Numbered from the stretch's first letter, positions 27,600 through 40,448 are shown. The stretch: DNA of 64,000 nt from Octopus vulgaris (GCA_951406725.2 OX597814.1:181288001-181352000); one strand, 5' to 3'. Notes: generated from the sequence alone by a model not told the origin. Numbers and translations are program-made.

Positions 27600-27602
<3 letters not shown>
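27243..27602 (-). mobile_element. (TA)n-embedded non-coding element carrying a hammerhead motif (Penelope-derived/retrozyme-like)
   Basis: About 360 bp, CpG-richer than the background, bounded by (TA)n tracts at 27213-27242 and 27603-27654; contains the hammerhead motif below. Confidence 0.55.
27388..27445 (-). ncRNA. Minimal type-I hammerhead ribozyme motif
   Basis: The - strand reads uauca CUGACGA agag-(18 nt)-cucu GAAA ucg-guc-cga UA uggua. The core is complete; stem I has 5 bp (one GU), stem II 4 bp, stem III 4 bp including A15.1-U16.1; the cleavage triplet is AUA. Confidence 0.75.
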
Positions 27603-27654
<52 letters not shown>

Positions 27655-27662
<8 letters not shown>

Positions 27663-27787
27663 TAGTTTCTGTTTGCCAAATCCATGCACAAGGCTTTGGC
27701 CAGCCCATAGTACAAGATACCATACAATAGAACTAAACCTGAAAGCATATGGTTATCAAGCAAACGTCTTAACTACACAGTTATGCT
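27655..27787 (-). mobile_element. Family B SINE fragment
   Basis: agtttctgtttgccaaatccatgcacaaggctttgg...cttaactacacag. Confidence 0.6.
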
Positions 27788-27988
27788 TATAATGTGTAAT
27801 AAAATTAGTGATGAGCAGTATACATACTAGTTGAATTATACAAACATACATGTGTATGCACAGACAAATGTGGGACAAAGTAGTGAGAAAGGATCTTCAG
27901 GCGCTGGGCCTCACAGGGGAGATGACAAGCTAAGTAAAATCGTAATTATCTGTGCATAAGGAAGAAAAATGTCCATATGCAATGCTCA

Positions 27989-28328
27989 ATCATCATCACC
28001 GTTTAACGTCCGCTTTCTATGCTAGCATGGGTTGGACGGTTTTGACTGAGGACTGGCAAACCAGATGGCTGCACCAGGCTCCAATCTTGATCTGGCACAG
28101 GCTCCAATCTTGATCTGGCAGAGTTTCTACAGCTGGATGCCCTTCCTAACGCCAACCACTCCGAGAGTGTAGTGGGTGGTTTTTACGTGTCACCGGCACA
28201 GGGCCAGTCAGGCAGTACTGACAACGACCTTTCTCGAATCTTTTTACACATGCCACCGGCACAGTTGCCAGTAAGGCGACGCTGGTAATGATCACGCTCG
28301 AATGGTGCCTTTTACGTGCCACTGACAC
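27989..28328 (-). mobile_element. Family A SINE-like copy with an internal 23-bp tandem duplication
   Basis: Highly similar to 975-1320; caggctccaatcttgatctggca occurs twice at 28075-28120. Confidence 0.88.
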
Positions 28329-28697
28329 AAAGTGATGAGGTCTCGTCCCGTTTCTCCAAGGTCTGTTAGTACCACAAGAAAATCCACCTGGTACACACTG
28401 TAAAGTGGTTGGTATCCAGGCCAAATAACGCAAATGAACACTTTCAGAATAGCAGCTTCCGAAGGGAAGCAACTCTGACTTTGACACCCAGTCCAACCTA
28501 TGCTAGCATGCGTTGGGTCAACAAATATTTGTTACTGAGGTCTTATTTTACAGTTGTATGGCTTTCATATCATTGACCATAACTATTTTTCAAATAGGGT
28601 TTTTTTGCGGGTGGGTGGGGGTTTATCCTACACGCTTTCAATATTGCACAACTACCAGCTGATCAAGCCTATAGAGTAATAAGTTAATGTTATCTAT

Positions 28698-29117
28698 ACT
28701 CTCTTTTTACTCTTTTACTTGTTTCAGTCATTTGACTGCGGCCATGCTGGAGCACCGCCTTTAATCGAGCAACTCGACCCCGGGACTTATTCTTTGTAAG
28801 CCCAGTACTTATTCTATTGGTCTCTTTGCCGAACTGCTAAGTGACGGGGACGTAAACACACCAGCATCGGTTGTCAAGCAATGCTAGGGGGACAAACACA
28901 GACACACAAACATACACACGCACATATATATATATATATATATACATATATACGACAGGCTTCTTTCAGTTTCCGTCTACCAAATCCACTCACAAGGCAT
29001 TGGTCGGCCTGAGGCTATAGTAGAAGACACTTGCCCAAGATGCCACGCAGTGGGACTGAACCCGGAACTATGTGGTTGGTAAGCAAGCTACTTACCACAC
29101 AGCCACTCCTGCGCCTA
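28698..29117 (-). mobile_element. Full-length, young-looking tRNA-derived SINE (family B)
   Basis: On the - strand: ggcgcaggagTGGCTGTGTGGtaag (A box), GGTTCAGTCCC (B box), internal (TA/TG)n and a gagtaaaaagagagta tail. CpGs are retained. Possible 7-bp TSD tatctat (28691-28697 / 29118-29124). Confidence 0.9.
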
Positions 29118-30949
29118 TATCTATTTTCTTTTCTTAATTTCTTTCTTTTTAAATATTTCAACGGCAATAAACTTTAGAAAGATTAGTTCTTTTTTTTTTT
29201 AATGGAATCTGTTTACCATTATACTTTTGAATACGGACATTGATTTGCAAACTAATATTGATTTGCTTGTATAATTTGCACAAGACCCTACTATTTTAAT
29301 TGTGTTTCACCACGACAAATTAATTTGGAAAAATAAATTCAGTGTGTTATTATTAAGTTTAGATTTATTTTATAAACAGTCCGCCAAAATACAATGGAAT
29401 ATATAATTGATTCTGACTACCAGAGTTTATGGAAGTGAATTACACTGGTTCTTAAATCAATAACAAAACTGCTAACAATATTAGCATGAATTAAACATAT
29501 CTAGCAATGATATAAAATTTAATAGATAAAGAATCTGTTAGTTTTCATTAAGTATGTATAGAATTATGATGGATTAAAACAATGTTTAATTTGATATCTG
29601 GTATAGACATTTATGTCCAAACACACAACTTTTCTTTTTGTGAAATGATTTCAAAGTGTTTATCGTGTAGTGTGTAATGGTAAAGAAAAATGGTTGCAAT
29701 TTACTTTAATACAGACATAACGACGAATGCTTTTTTTTAATGAGATTACATGTATTTTCATCATTAAAACTACTTGCCTATTCTTATGATTGATATATAT
29801 GCTGAGACACACATATACTCAAACACACACACATGTATATAATGTAGTTGTAGATAGATATAGGATATAGATATATTCAACAGGCTTCTTTATGTCTCCA
29901 TCTACAAAAATCACTCACAATCCTGGGCTATAGTAGAAAACTGAAACTGAAACCTTGTGGTTGGAAAATAAACTTCTTAATCTCAGAGCAGTGGCTGATA
30001 CATACCTGCTTACACATCTTTATCTTCTTTCCAGCTACTCCTACCTACGCTTATATAATATAGGGTAGCTATGTATCTCTTCTATTGTGAGATATCTGTG
30101 CTTATCCCTCTATCATACTCTAGCATCTTAATACCTGGTATAAAACCCTTCTGTTGTAGCCCCACTCAGTAGAAATAGCTTCTTTTCTTTTGTCTTGCAA
30201 GTTACTTGGTGACCTCACTAGTGCTGGTGTCAGGAAAAAATGCACCCAGTACACTCTGTAAAATGGTTGGGATTAGATAAGGCATCCAGGCATAGAAACC
30301 ATGCCAAATCATGGATCCTGTCAGACCAGCCAAGCCATGCCAGCATGGAAAACCCTCAAAGTAATTAGCACTTTGTGAGTGGATTCAGTTAATAGAGACC
30401 TAAAAAAAAAAAGCCTTTGCCATTGCTACAATGAAATGCACCTAGTGCACAATGTAGAACGATTGGCAACCAATTAGAGAAAATGTCAGGTTGACATTTT
30501 CTCTTTTTAGCTCTGTCTCATCAAGTTCACAACTACCTCTGTATTACTAGTGCCATAATAAAATGGGCCCAGTATTTTCTGTGAAGATTTTGGTGAAAGA
30601 ATGGGTTTCCAGCTGTAAAAACCAAATCAAGTTGGCTCCCAACAGAAGCTGATTCAAGTCATGGCAACCTGCCTGCATGGAAAACAGATGTAAAAAGTGT
30701 TAATGCATGTATCATCATCATTTTAACACTCACTTCTCCATGCATAGGTTAGACAGCCTATTGAGGCAGATTTTCTATGGTTGGATGTCCTTTTTCTCAC
30801 CAACCTTCACCTGTTTCCAAGCAGGTAATATTTGCCCACGATTAGATATGTTCTTACAGAATATTGGTAATGAATGATGCTACTTGTATGACAGTGACAA
30901 TCATTCTTCAACTGTTATGCATATCAAATCAAACACATGCACACACACG

Positions 30950-31110
30950 ATGGGCTTCTTTCAGTTTCCAACTACCAAATTTATAAACAAGGCATTTGTC
31001 AGTCCTGGACTATAGTAGACAACACTTGTGCAAGGTACCACACAGCATGACTGAACATGAAACTATATGGTTAGGAAGCTGACTCCTTACCACACAGCCA
31101 CACCTATGCC
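30950..31110 (-). mobile_element. Family B SINE 5' fragment
   Basis: gggcttctttcagtttcc...ctatagtagacaacacttg...ttaccacacagccacacctatgcct. Confidence 0.7.
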
Positions 31111-33141
31111 TCTGTGTGTGTGTAAGCTTCCTTACCAGTCTCTCACAGTCTCTAATAGCTTGTACCACACTTCCACTAATTGTTTTTTAGGCACCCATAT
31201 AGTTGTGACAAGACCTTGGCTCTTCACTTTTGACCCAGAGGGGCTTTAGAGATGGGTGAAGGATGGTGTCAATAAAGTAAAGGCAAGGAAAGAGATTAGT
31301 GATTAATAGTATAGGTAGATAAAGGGAAGCTTACATGGTGGGTGACAACAAAAATGACCCTGGGATGAAGTAGTTACTGGCAGTACAGAAAGGTTGAAGG
31401 TAAAGTGTATTGGTTGCAAAAAAGTCTGATGCAGTCTTTTATAGATAAATCTGGTGAGAAGTGAGAGAGAGGTAATGATGAAGATGATGGTAGGGGATTA
31501 ATGTGGTTAGGTCTCAAAATGTTATGCAAACAGCATGGATATGGAGAGATGAGATATGGAGCAATGAGTGTTAGAGAGATGATGTGCTAGTGAAATGTGA
31601 ATGGAGGGAAGTGACTGTGAGAGAGGCAGGGGTGGTTGGGGGAATAGATGTATAGTTGACAGGATATTCACAAACACACACACACACACACATTGATCCT
31701 AGCTTCAATTACTGCCCCATTTTTCATGTATGTTTCACCATGCTTGCATGAGTGGTCAGGTTTTCTCCAGCACTGCTCAACCACCAATTAACATGGTCCT
31801 TTGTCATCTCATACATAATTACACATGTCTGTGTGTGTGTGTGTGTGTGTGAGATGCAACATCTTTAGATTAGTCTTCACATTTTCATTTTAAGTTTTCT
31901 TTAGTCTCTTCCTTCCACAAGTTCCATTCTCTTCAAGTGATCGAAACTTCTTTATACAGCTGTCATAATCCGTGTACATCACATTCCCACATGTAATGTG
32001 CAAGAGATACAACACAGTTGTTTCTCTTTCACATTACATGGCTTGGCTGGTCTGACAGGATCCATGATTTGACATGGTTTCTATGCCTGGATGCCTTATT
32101 TCTCTTATGCCCAGTTGCTTTGAATCTGTTTGTACTCAATGCACTCTGCCATTCACCACTCCCTCCCTCCATGCAACTAGTTATTGACACTTTCAACATT
32201 GTATACTTCCTTTATTATCCATCACCTTCTCTCCGCCCTTTGCTCTAATTATCCTGTTTCTATCATCATACTTTGGTTCCTTCGACCCATTCACTCTGGC
32301 TCTTCTATCACTACTCTCTCTGTTCCTCTGAGCAAAAGACATCTTCAAGTAGTTAAGTCTCTTCACAGAGTATAAGACAATCCTACCTGTGCTGGTGCCT
32401 GTACACTGTAAATTTTAAACTGATATCAAAGAGACCTCTTTTATCATATTGAGGACATGGCAATATCTCTCAAGTGTTGGTGCTACAATAAAATGCACCT
32501 TGTTCATTCTCTAAAGTGTGGTTTTAAGAAGTGCATCCAGCCATAGAAACCAAGCGAAACATGAAATGTAGGATCAACATATGGTCCTCTATTTTGCCTA
32601 AGAGGCCAGTAACTCCCTGTAAGAATTGTCTGGATTGAGACAGTGTGTCTAACCTATACCAGCATAGAAATTGGCTGTAAAATTATATATATACACACAC
32701 ACACACACACATGCTCAACACATGTGAAAGAGAAAGTGTGTAAATCAGCTGGCTGATTAACTAAGATTTAGTCATCAATATATCACAACTGTTAACTACG
32801 GACTGTTTCTTTTCTCTCTGCTTCATTTACCATAACTACAATCACCTATACTCCTTTCACCCGAACTGGGTGCATGTTTCTTTGTGTGCAGGCTACCTGT
32901 CACGTATCTCTCCCCCTGCCATTCATACTGTGTTTTACCTCATAAAACTAAGCACTTTTGTGAATCATTTACGAAATCACTACTATAGCACTCTCAAACT
33001 TCCTGCACGCCCACGTTTTTTTCTGTGGTTGCCAATCTATAGAAATTCAAATTGAACATCAACCACATTAATCTCACCAATTTTAGTGGAACTGCAAAGA
33101 TCATGAGCATTGCTTCTTCACTTTCAATTAAGTTATGTTAA

Positions 33142-33176
<35 letters not shown>

Positions 33177-33892
33177 TCAATTTATCAAGACTACATAATG
33201 ATTTTCACAGATCTATGTATAACAACTTTCATTGTGTCAAAATGAATTTAGTCTTCTATTTAAACCTGTAAGTTAATTCACATTTGTCAAGAAGGTAGAA
33301 TTTTTCTTAACATTTCTATTAAACATCCATTCTTGTCTGTATTATTTTATTGACCAACAGTCAAAGACATTTCGGCTATTATCATCCCATCTTTTATTTA
33401 CATATAGTGTGATTAGGACTGCATAATTCTATATTACCTTCCATTTTTCAAGATTGTCAAGTGTGATTTGAGGAGAATTTAGCTACTGTTGCATATAGGT
33501 TGAAATGCCACCTAAAGGCTCCTTCATCATTTCAGTGTTATCAGCTGTTAAATACACTGTGTGATTCTACTTTCAACATTATCGCCACTTCCTCAGAATT
33601 TCCTGAATGTGACAATTATTAACACTAAAAATGAACACTTACCATTATTGAATAATTCTCTTCTTGACTTGAAAGATTCTGTTGAGAAAATAAACAATAA
33701 TTTCACTTGTTACTGATTTGCCTATTTCTCATACACTGATCTACTTAACATATAAACATTTTCCTGTACTTTATACAATGAATAAAAACTGCCCATATTA
33801 AAACTTTAATTTGGTGATTTGATTTTTATTAGTTTGTGTATAACTGATAGTTCTCAAACTTTTCTCTCTTTACATACATAAACAACTTGTGA

Positions 33893-34128
33893 ATAATAAT
33901 AATAATGAAATTATTGTATACAGTGCTCAGGTGCACCACAACTTGTCAGAAAGTGCATATAAAGTACATGCAGTAATGTAGAAATGTCTGGAAAGTGAAC
34001 ATGCTTGTGTGTGTATGGAGGGGAGAAAATCAAGTGTAGTGTTGGCGAATCTCAGGAAGCATGGAAGTCTTGAAGGATGCAGTGCTCCGACAACTAACAA
34101 CTGATGCTGGCTGTCTGTTCCATGCTTC
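33893..34128 (-). mobile_element. CR1-like LINE 3' end (ORF2 C-terminus, 3' UTR, (TTA)n tail)
   Basis: The - strand encodes EAWNRQPASVVSCRSTASFKTSMLPEIRQHYT*, fitting the WNxLPxxVVxxxSxxSFK tail of CR1/L2 ORF2, followed by a UTR and an ATT repeat. Confidence 0.75.
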
Positions 34129-35209
34129 GATAAAGGTTGTCATTGTTTAGCCTCAGGACAGCCTTGGGAAACTGACTTATGAGCAAAGCCATTCCTACAG
34201 TGACCCTCCTATCATAATCTTATATGAAGAGAACCCAGGACCACACAATTCAGTTTGAGGGAGATTTGGTTACTATTTCTAGTAGGCTAAGCAACCATCT
34301 AGAGGCTCGCATAGTTTCCTCTGGTCCTTCTGACAGTGAGCATTAATTCAAATGATGATTTTATGATAGGAATTCAAATTTTTTAAATAAAATAAAATAA
34401 CTGAGAAAATTTCAATATGGTGATGGTCATTATGAAATACATATAAAACAAAAATAAGTAGATGTAATAGGTTATGGTAAATATTTTCTCAGGTTTATTT
34501 CTAATAGTAATTGTAGTTTGGAAGCCTTATTCATCATACAGTCTGTAGATTTTCTAGAATTTTTGTAAACAGTTAATGAAGCAAATGGAAAGAATGGAGA
34601 AATTAAAAAGAAGAAAATGACACTTCTATTGAATAATGTTGTTCACAGATTCTTATTGAGTTAGATGTCTTTTTGTAAAGTTTACTTTTACTAACTTGAA
34701 ATTATGCAATGGTTTGAAGGAAGTAAGTTACTGTATATGAAGACACTACAATTGGAATTAAGGAAATCCTTCTTCAATATTACGGAGATGTACTTGCATA
34801 GCGAGTGACTTGATCTCAGATTGTGTGCTGGAATGAAAACAATTGCAGCGTGGAAAGTGTTTATAAGTCATTTAAGAAACACACAAAAACTGTTAGATTC
34901 ACTTCAACATTTAATTTGTCTTAATTTTTACCATAAAGAAATATAAGTATTAAGTAACTAAAATTTTAAAAAAAACAGCATTAATTCTGAGTGTTGATCT
35001 CTCCTTGTGAACTACATTTGGTGTTAATTAATTAGAGTAACACAATCAAATCTTAAAGCTAAATGGGTATTAAATTTCTTAATGTAATTTCATTTCGTAT
35101 GCATGCATGAACACACATACATGAACATTCAGACAATTAGTAGAACATCCAGCTTAAAACATATATCTTTGTTCCATTCCATTGAAGATCAGTTCAGTTT
35201 CACTTTAGC

Positions 35210-35530
35210 TGGGTGTAATGGCTTAGCAGAATCAATAGTGTGTCAGACAATATGCCCTGCAATAATTGTTCCAGCTCTGTATCTTTAGAGTTCAAATTCT
35301 ACCAAGGTCAATTTTGCATTTCATGTTTCCAGGATCAGTAAAATAGAGTACCAGTCAAATACTGGAGTTGATAAAATCCCAATTGAGTATAGGAATCAAC
35401 AAAATAAAGTACCAGTCACTTACTGGGGTTAATAAAAAAAATAAGAACCAGTTACATATTAGAGTTGATTTAATTAGCTTACCCATTCCCCCAAAATTTC
35501 TGGTCTTGTCCCTATGTAAGAAACAGTTAT
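35210..35530 (+). mobile_element. Family C SINE with a triplicated tail motif
   Basis: gagttcaaattc...; the unit aaaata(g/a)agtaccagtca..tactgg(a/g)gtt occurs about three times. Confidence 0.65.
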
Positions 35531-37055
35531 TATTAAAAAAGTGTAAATTTGAGACAAAAGTAGAACTTGTTATACTTTGATTAGTTTTTTAACTTATGAT
35601 TAATGTCAGTATATTATACTTTTGTTTAAACTTTCACCAAAATTATGATATAGACTTTCACCTCAATAGTTTTCCCAACAATCTGAGTTTAGGCTGAAAC
35701 TTCATGTTAACTTCCTAGATTCTTGTAGCTGCTACCATTGCTTTTTAGTATGTATGTGTATTGTACAATGTACTATTATTGAATTGTTAGACTAGCCTGT
35801 TGAAATAGGCAGTTATACAGCATTTAAGATATGGTTGATTAAGATATTATTAGTATAAATTATTATCATTTTAGAACATTTAAAAAAAACTTATTCTATA
35901 TAATTTCATGCACATATATATATACTAATAAGAAAATAGTTGTTAATAAGTATATACTCAAAATACTAAGCTGAATAGAAAAAAATCTCTCTCATATAGA
36001 AAGAAAAGCAAGTAGTCTATACAATATTTCACCTTAAGATCTTACCTTTTGTGTTGGCTTTCAAAACAACTACTTGTTGCATAACTGATAGTTCTCAAAC
36101 TTTTCTCTCTTTACTTTCACATTTGACTGCAAAGTGTGTATTATTAGTAAATTTCTCTAGCCTAGTTTGTGAGTAATTTATTGACTTGCACACATACTTT
36201 GCACATACTTTGGTGGTTGCTTATGTCTTGTATTACTTTCTTATTCTGCTAGTACTACTTGGAATAGAATCTGAATCTATATTTAAGAAACTCAAGAACT
36301 ACACAAACAAGAGATTACTGTCTTTATTTTATTTCAAACAAAGATGGTCATTATAGCTTTATTTCGTTTAGTCTAAGTTTCTCAGATCTTAACCTTCCTC
36401 TAACCCATCTTTCTTCTTTCTCTTATATAGACAAGATCTTTTCTGTTCACATTTTCTTTTCACTGCCTGCTGCCCATCATTTGCTGGCTACTAAACTAAA
36501 TGAGAATTGCTATAGCAGAGTTTAAGTGCTGGTATTGGCATTAGCATTTTTTATAGCTATGTTGGTCTATGGGTTATTGTTGTTAATCATGTTTGTTAGT
36601 AACTGTGTGAAGATTCTCTTCCTTCTTGTAATACCAAGTTTGCTTTCTTAATTTTTAAGAATTTTTTCATGTGAAATATATTCTCTCTTAACTTATTTAA
36701 AAGAAAATGGTAGCTTGGTGAACACTAAAACTATTCAAATACATAATTTTGTATTATAATAAAATCATTTTTTAAATTTTAGCAACTTGCTACTCTTTTA
36801 GTTCATTCTTATAAAATAACATATATAGTGTATAAATACTGATGTACTTTTACTAAAAGTTTTTTTGTTTGCATCTGATAATCTTCAATTTATACAATGG
36901 GTTGCTGTCAGGAAAAAATTCAATCTATTCAAGTATATTTTATTATAAGCAGCCTAAATAAACCCCTGCTTTATTAAACAAAGGCCCTTAAAAAGTTATT
37001 TGAAAATATTGAAGATATGATAAACGAGTTTTATATTTTGATTGTTTTATTCTTG

Positions 37056-37257
37056 TGTTATATCCTTATCTTGTTGGATTATTATAACAGCCGCTTTGGT
37101 ATACAGTATACTTAGTAAAACCAGTAAAGACACAACTATTTCTGACCACCTACTATGTACTCGGGTACTTCATGTACTTCTCTTTACTTATAGTGATTAG
37201 GTTATTCCATTCATTACATGGGGCAGGGTGTACCATTATTACTAATTCTTTGCAACA
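37056..37257 (-). repeat. 3' LTR
   Basis: tgttatatcc...tgcaaca. The adjacent 37258-37270 reads ttaaaaggggaga on - (polypurine tract). Confidence 0.93.
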
Positions 37258-39169
37258 TCTCCCCTTTTAAGTTTTTCTTAGGAAGTGTCATTTTATTTAG
37301 CAATTATTCACTCCACCTCTCTTTTTTGATTTTTTTTTTTAACGAACAAGTTAATATTTTTTGCACTTGGTATCTATTTTCAGGAACTCTGTATGTTTTC
37401 TTTTCCTCTCACTTGTACGCTGGGTTCAATCACCTGCAGTGGCATTGGTACTTGGAACATATCGTACAACCATTCCATCAGTTCCTCCAGCTTCTTTAGT
37501 TCTCTTTCCACAAATCTCTTTTTCAGTTGGTTCCTGCGTCTCTTTTGTATGCCTTTTTTATTTTTAACCCAATACATCATTTTGCCTATGCATTTGGTAA
37601 TTATGCCATCTTCCTAACTCTGCTTTCCATTCTTTATTCCCTCATATACACCTTTTCACCAACTTTAAAGAATCTTGCTATGTCTTCCCTGGGACTTTTT
37701 CTTTTCTTGCCAGGTAGCAATTTATCAAAGACTGATATTACTTTCCTTGCAAACATCAGCTCCGCTGGTGAGCTACCTGCTGGTGTATTCAGATTTGGTG
37801 TCACACAGTACACTCTTAAAAATTGATGTAGAGCCACCTCATCCGTGACTTCTTTATTCAATTTTCTAAGGTCTCTCTTGAAGGTATCAACAAAGCGTTC
37901 TGCCTGTGTGTTAGATCTGGGATGGTATGGAACAGTAGTTATATGTTCTAATGCAAACATTTCACAAAATTTTTTAATTCGATAGGCAAAAATTGCTTTC
38001 CATTGTCAGACACAATCACATCTGGTATGCCAAATCACAGTTAAGGAGGTTGGTTTTTTTTTACACTTACACATTTCAGGCCATTTCGAAAAACTATCAA
38101 CTACCACTCAGTAGTAAGAACCATTTAAAGGACCAGCGAAATCGATGTGTAGTCTTGACCATGGAACATCTACTTTTTATTGTGGGCAATTTTTCATTTC
38201 ATTTTGGCTTACATACCAGTGTTCCACTCTGTTTAACTGCAATTTTTTGTTTCAGCACCTCAGCCACATTTGAACCTTCAACTGAATTGGCTATATTTCC
38301 ACACAAAGCACTTATGGGCATATTCCATACTTTGAATAGTTCCATCCACTCTGTGCCAAATAAATTAAGTGAACTTTTTAACACATATATCTTATCCTTT
38401 TTCGTTTGACTTTGAAATATTACATTGCATATGAATTCGCCAAAAAAATATAATCTTTTTCCCCGTAATACCATGTGCTACCTTTTTCAATTTAATTAAT
38501 TTCAGCTTACCTACATTTTTCCAAATTTTTTCATTTATAATGGTGATATCATGACTAGTGTCTAACTGCATTTTAATACTTGTATTTCTGATTTTCGCCT
38601 TCATGAATTTCCTCATCATTATATTATCAATTTCTTCCAATGACTTACTTTTATTCTTTTTCCTTTGTTCTGACATTTTGTCATCTTCATTCTACAGGGC
38701 ATCTTTTATATGTCCTATATTTCCACAATGAAAGCACTCTGCTTTTTTAAACGGACTATTTTGCCTCAGGTGTATACCTCCACATGCAAAACATGGGTTT
38801 ATTTCCTGATTTTTGTCATGTTTTTTACAAAGCATTTTATCTCTATTCTGACTATTTTGCACTTGCTTTATTTGGAAACAATCTTTACATTCAATTTCTT
38901 CTGTATCGTATCTTAATTTGACTACCCTTTCACATTCTTCTTGCTGTAGGGTTACATCCTGGTTTTGTTCCAGCTTAGCAAGAATTCTAATTCTAACTTC
39001 TGTGTCCTTTTCTGCAAAAATCAGGCATTTGAACATATGTAGCGTTAATTCATTCAGCTTAAACTTCTTGCATTCCCTGTTAACTCTACCAGTATATGTG
39101 ATGTAGTCCTCATCATTGTATTTCTCTATGTTCAAACATTTCCAACGTGTGTTGAACAGTGAGCTTTAA

Positions 39170-39390
39170 CTCTTTAGCATTTAAACCGGCCATATCTGGC
39201 CAAAAGTATTCTGCCTGTTTTATATTCAAACTGGCCAGATCTGGCTTCTCACACCAACCCTACAATATCGCTTTAAAAATTAACAGCTACCTCATCAAAA
39301 TCTCATAGCTACAAGATAATGCATGGTTAGTTCAAAACAATGTGGATAAAAAAGCATTAATTTGGGCAGAATAATGCAAACAATAAAGGG
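39170..39390. mobile_element. piggyBac-like MITE nested in gag
   Basis: TTAA|ctcttt ... aaaggg|TTAA (39166-69 and 39391-94). It interrupts the gag frames between ORFs 39438-39647 and 38692-39135. Confidence 0.75.
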
Positions 39391-39845
39391 TTAAAATTTA
39401 TGTCCAAAGGTTTTCTTGGAAGTACATAATTACTGTATCATTCATGTTCTGTTGCCACCAGTTTTCTCAAGATTAAGCACATTTTTTTCTCCTCGTCCCA
39501 ATCTTTACATTCTTTATCAAAGATTTGTTCATATCTTCTGTGGTATGCTTCAAAGGTAACTCCTTCATCAGGTTTGTATTTGAACTCTGTTATGGAGTTC
39601 AATGACACTTTTTCTGACTTCCTTGACGACTTCAGTAATTGCAGCATTTGTTGTTGTAATATTATTTGTTGCTGTTGTTGCTTCTGTTGTTGCTCTTGCA
39701 GTTGTATCTGCTGCTGTTATTGTTCTTTCAGTTGCTGTTTTCACAACTTGAGCAAACTGGCCAACAAATTTTCCATAATTTGATGATTTTTTTTCATAAA
39801 ATTTGCACAACTCTTCGAGTTTCTATTAACCATGGGAATTGGTTT

Positions 39846-39858
39846 ATCCTTGTCGCCA
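39846..39858 (-). promoter_or_regulatory. Primer binding site, likely tRNA-Ser(GCU)
   Basis: TGGCGACAAGGAT lies 1 nt inside the 5' LTR and has one mismatch to the complement of the recalled metazoan tRNA-Ser(GCU) 3' end ...AUCCUCGUCGCCA. Confidence 0.7.
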
Positions 39859-39859
39859 C

Positions 39860-40060
39860 TGTTATATCCTTATTTTTTTGGATTATTATAATGCCCACTT
39901 CGGTATACAGTATATTTAGTAAAACCAGTAAAGACACGACTATCTCTGACTGCCTACTACATACTCTGGTACTTCCCGTACTTCTCTTTACTTATAGTGA
40001 CTAGGTTATTTCATTCGTCACATGCGAGGGGTGTACCATTATTACTAATTCCCTACAACA
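39860..40060 (-). repeat. 5' LTR
   Basis: tgttatatcc...ctacaaca; roughly 85% identical by eye to 37056-37257. Confidence 0.93.
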
Positions 40061-40448
40061 CTTGTCTAACAAAAAGAGAGAGGATGCTTCCCTATTGAAT
40101 TGCCAACGTTGCTTTGTCACTATATTAAGTTCTATTACCAAGAACCTGGTTTGAAAAGCTTAGTTGATCTTAACAGTATGGTTATAATTGACATTTTAAC
40201 ACTGAATACCTACCTTTTTTAATGTTACTGGCAATTCAAAATTTTGTAGAATTAAATAACAATGAACATTTTCAACTAATGGAAGACCCTGGTTACATTG
40301 AAAATTAAAAAATAAGATTTCTAAAATATTATAAAGGCTTATTTATTTTTATTATTTAAATTTAAATTATAACCATATAATAACCAAATACTCTTAAATA
40401 TAAAATCTTACAAAGATAAGCATTTTATTATTTATTATTTCCTTTTAG

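Larger units (their letters stand above)
37056..40060 (-). mobile_element. Ty3/Gypsy LTR retrotransposon with both LTRs, internally deleted (no RT/RNase H)
   Basis: ~200-bp direct repeats with TG...CA ends, 4-bp TSD cttg (37052-55 / 40061-64), PBS and PPT. Coding remnants: gag with a poly-Q tract and two zinc-knuckle remnants (CFACGGIH, CFHCGNIGH), a protease remnant (QLDTS) and the integrase core end (PYHPRSNTQAERFVDTFKR). Confidence 0.95.

Noticed and set aside
25808-27730. ORFs with YIYIYI/CVCV runs
   Set aside because: Translations of (TA)n/(TG)n microsatellites.
39574-40004. Poly-Leu/poly-Cys ORFs resembling a signal peptide or metallothionein
   Set aside because: Antisense reading of the CAA/CAG poly-Q tract in the Gypsy gag.
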